A stretch of DNA of 51,007 bases from a virus (lineage: Duplodnaviria; Caudoviricetes): positions 1-51,007 of IMG/VR virus record IMGVR_UViG_3300010376_000045; one strand, given 5' to 3'. Below the pieces are notes generated by a model. That model searched no databases, was not told the DNA's origin, and was given only the letters and a program-made list of their open reading frames with translations. Below are positions 45,885-51,007 of this stretch, one piece after another. Each line of letters begins with the position of its first letter. The stretch's first letter is position 1. The position numbers and the translations under genes are program-made.

Positions 45885-46376
45885 ATGTCCTGGAGGCCGG
45901 GAACGCCTGTAAGGGCCCCCGCAAGGTCCGGAAATGGCATTCTAAAAACAATTCAGGAAGATTTGCCGCCCCTCAAGCCGGTCAAGGTCAAGGTGGAGCG
46001 GCAGAAGTATCCCCAAAGCCTCAAGCCCGGATGGCAGAAGAAGAAGCCCAAGCCCCTGATCCGCTTTCCCGACGGGCCCGGAGGCCGGGAGGTCATCAAC
46101 CTCTCCTGCCCCGAAGGCTTCGCTATCTACCGGGAAAGGGTGCGGGCCATGTGGACCCGCCAGAAGGGCGTCTGCTGCCTCAGCCGGCATTTGGCTTCCT
46201 GTCCCGGAGCCTTGAGGTTCGAGGACGCCGTCTTCGAGCACGAGTATGGGCGCGGCTTCGAGGGCTGCAAAAGAGACGATCGCATTGAGAAGGACGGACG
46301 ACCCCTGAACGGGGCTGCGCACTACTCCTGCAACCGGGAAAAGGCCAGCAAGGCTATCTACTACAACCGTCCGTGA
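45885..46376 (+). CDS. HNH-like nuclease-fold protein
   Basis: RQKGVCCL...FEHEYGRG...NGAAHYSCNREKAS. Confidence 0.6.
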   Translation: MSWRPGTPVRAPARSGNGILKTIQEDLPPLKPVKVKVERQKYPQSLKPGWQKKKPKPLIRFPDGPGGREVINLSCPEGFAIYRERVRAMWTRQKGVCCLSRHLASCPGALRFEDAVFEHEYGRGFEGCKRDDRIEKDGRPLNGAAHYSCNREKASKAIYYNRP

Positions 46377-46801
46377 GTTTTGGCTTGAGCGATGGTCACC
46401 TCTCCGGCCTCATTGCGCGACAGGATATCGATTCCCGTTCCTATCTCCCCTAACCACCAAGCCTCGAAACCCGGAACTCCTTTCTTCAACTCTTCCATGC
46501 CGGCCAGAAATTCTGGGCCAACGTTTCCCGGGAGTTCCTGTCTCTCTTCGATCTCTTCCTTCTTTTGGGGGGCTGGCTCCAAAAAGACCCCGGAGATGAT
46601 GACCGCCTGCGCCGGCCTCCCGGGATCGCTTTTGACGGTTACGACCCCGCGCAGGTTCACTTCCGCCACCCCGCCCGCCACCAGGAACCGGGCTCGCTCG
46701 CAGCCGAAGCAGGCTTGTATCGCCAGCCGCGAATCGAGTTCCCAGATCTGGGATTCGCCTCCGCAGACCGGACAGGCGCGAAGCAGTATTTGGGTATGCA
46801 T
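46361..46801 (-). CDS. Zinc-finger hypothetical protein
   Basis: SD AAGGAGG; CPVCGG...CFGC. Confidence 0.6.
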   Translation of the reverse strand: MHTQILLRACPVCGGESQIWELDSRLAIQACFGCERARFLVAGGVAEVNLRGVVTVKSDPGRPAQAVIISGVFLEPAPQKKEEIEERQELPGNVGPEFLAGMEELKKGVPGFEAWWLGEIGTGIDILSRNEAGEVTIAQAKTHGRL

Positions 46802-46810
46802 AAAACCTCC

Positions 46811-47167
46811 TTAGGGCCGCCCGTGATGATGGAGACCGCACCAGACCCATGGCAACCGCTTGCCGGCCAGGAACGATTTCATGGCTTTCAGGATTCGGTC
46901 GTCGGTTCGATAGGCGTGGCTGAGGTAAACGCGAGGCGTGGAGCACTTCCTGGAGGCCAGAGCCTTGCATTCCGGGGTGGTGGGGATTCGCCGCATCTCC
47001 CCGCCGGCGGAGAGGAACTGCTCTTCGCAGCGCGGGCACTCGAACAGATCGAATCCAGGGATCTGCTCGGGCAGCCAGTGGCAGCCGCACTTAGGACAGG
47101 AAAGAAAGTCCATGGGGGAACTCCTATATCTACTCGAGAGCGGCGGGATTGCAGCCGGACGGGGCAT
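46811..47167 (-). CDS. Zinc-finger hypothetical protein
   Basis: CPKCGCHW...CPRCEE. Confidence 0.5.
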   Translation of the reverse strand: MPRPAAIPPLSSRYRSSPMDFLSCPKCGCHWLPEQIPGFDLFECPRCEEQFLSAGGEMRRIPTTPECKALASRKCSTPRVYLSHAYRTDDRILKAMKSFLAGKRLPWVWCGLHHHGRP

Positions 47168-47240
47168 TATTGCCCCTTTAGTACCATAAGTGTTCACCTA
47201 GGGAAAACCCTAGTCAACATAATTCCACCATCGCGAAAAC

Positions 47241-47271
47241 AAAAATTAGAAAGGGCCCCCGGAGGGGCCCC
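47241..47271 (-). terminator. Terminator for leftward transcription
   Basis: Minus strand GGGCCCC TCCG GGGGCCC followed by TTTCTAATTTTT. Confidence 0.55.
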
Positions 47272-47625
47272 GCTCGGATTTATCGGCACTCTCTACATCG
47301 ATGGCTTTTATGGGCGGCTTACGTACCGCCCGAGGGTTACTAACCCCACGATCCGCTTACCCGGAGAGGGGCACGGCGAATGTTAATGTCATTTCTGGCC
47401 ATCCAGTCCGTCCAGCCGATTCTGATGAATCTGCGCCACGGCGAGCAGGTTTCCGATCGACTGCGCGGTAGCCTGAAAGCCCTCGCGCACGATGACGCGT
47501 CCGTCGATGCCGGTGAGCTTGTTGTCGATCCCATGCGCGAGTGTCGTCGAAGAACTCCTGCCCGCCGGCTGGTTGCCCGCTGTGCCAACAGTATATTCCA
47601 CATGGGTCCGATTGGGTCTATAATA

Positions 47626-47967
47626 GCTCCTACGGTACAACTGGATGAGATGCGAAAGGCATTCTTTGCCGGGGCGCTGCACTTGTTCGCGTCCATTATG
47701 ATATTCACCCAACCTAACATTATCGGACGTTCTTGGGAGGCCAATTTTGGGCCTTTAGCTGCGCTACAGCCGATCAGGGCCGATTGATCGAAGCCGGATG
47801 GCTTAGTTTGCGCATCTTTACATATCTTGTCGATCAATTCTCTCGTCTTCATTTCGCTCCCCTTACAAGACGTTATCTGTCGATTCCCGATGATGTCGAT
47901 TCTGGAACCAGACGCGGAACCTAGCGAGAAAGACCTCCAACGCATGAGCCTGATTCAGAGAGAATTA
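47626..47967. pseudogene. Phage gene broken into four rearranged fragments
   Basis: Fragments at 47626-47700(+), 47769-47816(+), 47852-47813(-) and 47890-47967(+) reassemble into one coherent protein. Confidence 0.7.
47704..47731 (-). repeat. dif/Xer-like 28-bp site, copy B
   Basis: Minus strand AACGTCCGATAATGTTAGGTTGGGTGAA. Confidence 0.7.
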
Positions 47968-48167
47968 TGCAACCACATCAGCAGCGAGTAATCACTGAAA
48001 AGGCTGAATTGTCAGAAAAGGTGGACAAACTGGAGAAGTTCATTAGCGGCTCTGTTTACTCATCTTTACCAGCGGCAGAACAGATGAGGCTCAGTCGCCA
48101 GTTGCTTATCATGCAACTCTATGAACAGGTGTTGTCGGAACGCATCGGTGCATTTGAGCAGTCGTAG
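47967..48167 (+). CDS. Small coiled-coil phage protein (crAss001_48-like)
   Basis: MQPHQQRVITEKAEL..KL..F...L.RQL..M..Y..VL.ERI pattern. Confidence 0.75.
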   Translation: MQPHQQRVITEKAELSEKVDKLEKFISGSVYSSLPAAEQMRLSRQLLIMQLYEQVLSERIGAFEQS

Positions 48168-48195
48168 AACGTCCGATAATGTTAGGTCCGGTGAA
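48168..48195 (+). repeat. dif/Xer-like 28-bp site, copy C
   Basis: AACGTCCGATAATGTTAGGTCCGGTGAA directly after the TAG at 48165-48167. Confidence 0.7.
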
Positions 48196-48268
48196 CTGAT
48201 GACAACTACACCATGGCGAAGGCAGTTAGCGCCATGCCCAAGGGGATGCAGAAGGAAAAGAGGAGTTT

Positions 48269-48332
48269 ATGAAGCACATTGTCTGCTTCAGCGGAAAGCA
48301 AGGACTCGACTGCGCTAATTCTCTGGGCCAAG
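48269..48332 (+). pseudogene. Frameshifted PAPS-reductase N-terminal fragment
   Basis: SD GAGGAG; MKHIVCFSG then, after a frameshift, KDSTALILWAK (SGGKDS PP-loop). Confidence 0.6.
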
Positions 48333-48474
48333 GGTCTCGCTCGCTTGCGATCGCCGCGGCCTTTTCGCGTAGTTCTTCGATGCCGTCGCCTTTCCATACC
48401 GGCGCATGTTTCCAGCACGTTCCTGTATGAGCGTCTACAACCTATGCGAATAAAGTGAGGATAAATGTGACCAC

Positions 48475-48714
48475 ATGTGCGATAAACAGATGTGTCCCTG
48501 CGGCAGGCCACTGCACTATATGAATCCCAAGCTCCAGACCCTGGTGGAGCAGGAGATCCTCACCAAGGGCGATCAGGTGCGCGTCTCCTGGCAGGTGCCG
48601 GCTCCGGGCGGCACCGAGAAGACGCGCCGGTTCCTGGTGCCGCGGCATTGGATATCCCTGCACGGTGCCAATTTAGACGAAGTAGTTGCGATGGGCTTCG
48701 AGGAGATCAAGTAA
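48475..48714 (+). CDS. Hypothetical protein
   Basis: MCPCGRPLHY...VPRHWISLHG. Confidence 0.6.
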   Translation: MCDKQMCPCGRPLHYMNPKLQTLVEQEILTKGDQVRVSWQVPAPGGTEKTRRFLVPRHWISLHGANLDEVVAMGFEEIK

Positions 48715-48744
48715 ATTAGGGAGAAATAAAGCCGGAGGTTACTT

Positions 48745-50178
48745 ATGCCCGGTAAGATCCTCTCCCTTCTCCTCGTCTGTGTACTGGCGGCAGGCTGCAA
48801 AAAGCCCAGCGTGATCGTGCTCAAGTCGGGCGGCGATTTCGGCCAGAAGCTCACCGACGCCATGAACGCCTGTGCGCCGTCGGTGGCCTGCTATATCGAT
48901 GGCAAGAACGTCACGGGAGCCCAATCTTCGGCCCAGAACATTATCATCAGCCGCCCCCTCACCACCATCGATGTGGCCTTCTCCTCGCTTACTATGGCCG
49001 CAGGAATGAGCATCCAGATCAGCGGTAATTACACCGTTCTCGAAGGTCCGTCGATCAATACCTCGGCCATCAGGTGCCAGTCGGGCAATAATCCCTGCCT
49101 GTATATCGGAACCAGCAACGGATCCAGTGGAGTATATGGGGTGACGGTGCGCGATCTGGCCATCATCCCCGTGGAAGGCACCTACTCGACCGCAGGCATC
49201 GAGATCGAGAACGCCCGCGGGCCGGGAGCCATGCTCGACCGCCTGAATGTCGACGGGTTCATCTCCGGCACCGCCCTGCGCTTCCTCGAGAACTCCTGGA
49301 CCTGGAATGTCCAGGACTCGACCTTCGCTGACTCTAATCGCGGCATGGAGATTTTAGGGGATCAACCCAACGCCCTGGTATTCTCGCATGATTTATTCAA
49401 CACCAACGCCAACGAAGGCGTGTATATGAAACTATGCGATCATCCCAGTTCTTATGGCGGGTGCACCAGCAATGGTTTGTTCTTCTGCTGCGGCAATCAC
49501 TTCGAGGGCAACGGCACGACCGGGATCCGATTGGTCAACGGCAGCTTCTATAACATCGATCTCCGCGACTCTTACGCAGAATTAACCAAGAGCAATACAG
49601 GATATTTCCTGGCCCAGAATGACGGCACCGTGAATGGGCAACTGAGGGTCTCGGGAATGCTGGTCGATGGTGGGGGCGGCTATGTGGCCGGCGATGTGGC
49701 TATCAACGCTGTCGACGCCACCAAGGGATATAACTACGGCGTCGCTCCGGTGCCCATCCGGTCGATCACCTGCGCCGACGGCAATTGCCAAGTCGTTACC
49801 CAGACGCCGCACGGGCTTACCTGCTCGATGGTCAACGGGTACAGCCTCTGTCCCTACGCGCACCTCAAGGGCCAGGACGAGGCTACCTTCCGCATCACCT
49901 CTGTCGAGGGCCCACGTCAGTTCAGCTTCTTCCTCAACGGGATCAGGAGCGGCAATTCCGGCACCGTCGAATACGCCCCTGACCTCATTAGCGCCACCAT
50001 CACCAACGAAAAATGGGACTCGAGCTGGACCGCTCCTCTGATCCTGTCCGCGGCGGGATCGGGAGCCATGGTGACCACCCGCGATAATTCGGTTTTAGAC
50101 GGTCTGGGAAATTTGGTGGGGGATGACGCCCTGGGAGGCTCGCGGACGCGTCCTAGGGCTTCTGGGGGCGAACAATAG
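48745..50178 (+). CDS. Lipoprotein with a pectin-lyase-like beta-helix
   Basis: SD GGAGGT; signal peptide and lipobox LAAG-C; beta-helix-like repeats; VVTQTPHGL motif. Confidence 0.7.
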   Translation: MPGKILSLLLVCVLAAGCKKPSVIVLKSGGDFGQKLTDAMNACAPSVACYIDGKNVTGAQSSAQNIIISRPLTTIDVAFSSLTMAAGMSIQISGNYTVLEGPSINTSAIRCQSGNNPCLYIGTSNGSSGVYGVTVRDLAIIPVEGTYSTAGIEIENARGPGAMLDRLNVDGFISGTALRFLENSWTWNVQDSTFADSNRGMEILGDQPNALVFSHDLFNTNANEGVYMKLCDHPSSYGGCTSNGLFFCCGNHFEGNGTTGIRLVNGSFYNIDLRDSYAELTKSNTGYFLAQNDGTVNGQLRVSGMLVDGGGGYVAGDVAINAVDATKGYNYGVAPVPIRSITCADGNCQVVTQTPHGLTCSMVNGYSLCPYAHLKGQDEATFRITSVEGPRQFSFFLNGIRSGNSGTVEYAPDLISATITNEKWDSSWTAPLILSAAGSGAMVTTRDNSVLDGLGNLVGDDALGGSRTRPRASGGEQ

Positions 50179-50191
50179 CCAGAAATGGAAC

Positions 50192-50233
50192 CCTCCCGGA
50201 AGCTGACTCTTCTAGTTTCCGGGAGGCCTTTTT
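50192..50233 (+). terminator. Rho-independent terminator
   Basis: CCTCCCGGAA...TTCCGGGAGG then CCTTTTT, after the lipoprotein gene. Confidence 0.7.
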
Positions 50234-50579
50234 GCTTATACGTGCTAACGCATATCTGGGGATGGGGTAGAACTATTGAACGGTTGCAGTTTGATTGGGA
50301 AGCGGAGGCATTACGAACTGCACTCCTTGGGCGGCATGTAAGGACACAGCGGACATTTGATCCTCCATCCACTGCCCCACCTCTGAAAGTGATGCTCCAA
50401 ACCTCTCGGTTGCAGCGCGAGCATAAACTGTCGTGAGGTCGGCAAAGCGGATACCAAACTTACCGCGCAGCTAGCCAAGATCAGAAGTCTCGACGACTTC
50501 GACCTCGTGATGCTTATTAGCGAGATCCATGACCACGGCTGGCCGATGGCGGAAAAACTTTAGAAACTATCTGATTCTC

Positions 50580-50607
50580 GCCCAACGTCATAACATTATC
50601 GAACGTT
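50580..50607 (-). repeat. dif/Xer-like site, degenerate copy D
   Basis: Minus strand AACGTTCGATAATGTTATGACGTTGGGC, 2 bp after the stop of 50918-50610. Confidence 0.55.
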
Positions 50608-50609
50608 CT

Positions 50610-50918
50610 TTACCGCTCTTCTCCGGTGTCTGGATCACTCATTTTAGTTTCAATCTTCTCCTGATCGAGCTTGGCCCGGTAGTCGCGGAAGACCATCATC
50701 ATGGCCGCGCCTGCTGCCTCTGGAAATTCTTGCTTCCGGCAGAAGTCCCACAGCATGGCATCCATCTCAGTGCGGAAGGTCATGCGTAAAATATCCAGCG
50801 CGATATTCACCGCCTGTCCTACTGACAGTTGCGCAATCATGCCCTTCTCGTTCGACAACTGCACGTAAGGCTGCTGGTCGCGATGGCTTACGATTCCGTT
50901 GACCCAGAACTCGACCAT
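50610..50918 (-). CDS. Hypothetical protein flanked by two direct site copies
   Basis: SD GAAGGAG and ATG 50918; 102 aa. Confidence 0.7.
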   Translation of the reverse strand: MVEFWVNGIVSHRDQQPYVQLSNEKGMIAQLSVGQAVNIALDILRMTFRTEMDAMLWDFCRKQEFPEAAGAAMMMVFRDYRAKLDQEKIETKMSDPDTGEER

Positions 50919-51007
50919 GTCTTCTCCTTCACAAGACCTAACATTATCGGACGTTAATCGCACTCCGTTTTCTGCTCTTTTAGCAGCCGCTTTACCACCT
51001 TCTCTAA
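50885..51007. repeat. 123-bp direct terminal repeat, right copy
   Basis: Identical to 1-123. Confidence 0.95.

Larger units (their letters stand above)
1..51007. mobile_element. Complete temperate tailed phage genome, podovirus-like
   Basis: Terminase, portal, capsid, tail, ejection, integrase, replication and recombination modules are present; ends overlap; no host housekeeping genes. Confidence 0.92.

Noticed and set aside
47212-47290. Split dif site (TTATGTTGACT and AGTGCCGATAA on the minus strand)
   Set aside because: The arms are 57 bp apart and are explained by a -35 box and the sequence before a terminator
47712-48187. Integron attC or MITE (ACCTAAC...GTTAGGT, 22-bp inverted repeats)
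   Set aside because: The 476-bp span is too long for attC, has no internal complementarity, there is no IntI or transposase and no target duplication; extra copies elsewhere favour independent sites
47704-50955. CRISPR array
   Set aside because: Copies are hundreds to thousands of bp apart, in mixed orientation, with no regular spacers and no cas1/cas2

Overview
The window looks like one complete, circularly permuted temperate phage genome of about 50,884 bp. Bases 1-123 are repeated exactly at 50885-51007. Modules in order: early regulation and replication (RHH and XRE regulators, lambda O-like initiator with internal GTAC iterons, 1.2-4.8 kb); packaging and head genes (large terminase, portal, scaffold, major capsid, two decoration-like proteins, 4.9-17.8 kb); podovirus-type tail and ejection genes with no tape measure (17.8-34.5 kb); a Cas4-like gene, a probable attP and a tyrosine integrase (34.8-37.3 kb); a leftward recombination operon (AAA_24/Sak4-like ATPase, PD-(D/E)XK nuclease, SSB); and a mosaic accessory region (43-51 kb). 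HNH homing endonucleases occur intact, broken and as remnants. The most unusual signals are in the accessory region. A 28-bp dif/Xer-like site (AACGTYCGATAATGTTAGGTnnnGTGAA) occurs at four loci, three of them directly behind stop codons, and delimits small gene cassettes. Beside these sites one phage gene lies in four pieces, shuffled and partly inverted. One module carries a lipoprotein-anchored beta-helix protein. A separate 17-19 bp palindrome (CTGAGACNGTCTCAATT) marks the control regions. All product calls come from motif recognition by eye; no database searches were run. An Acidobacteriota-like host is only a weak inference.
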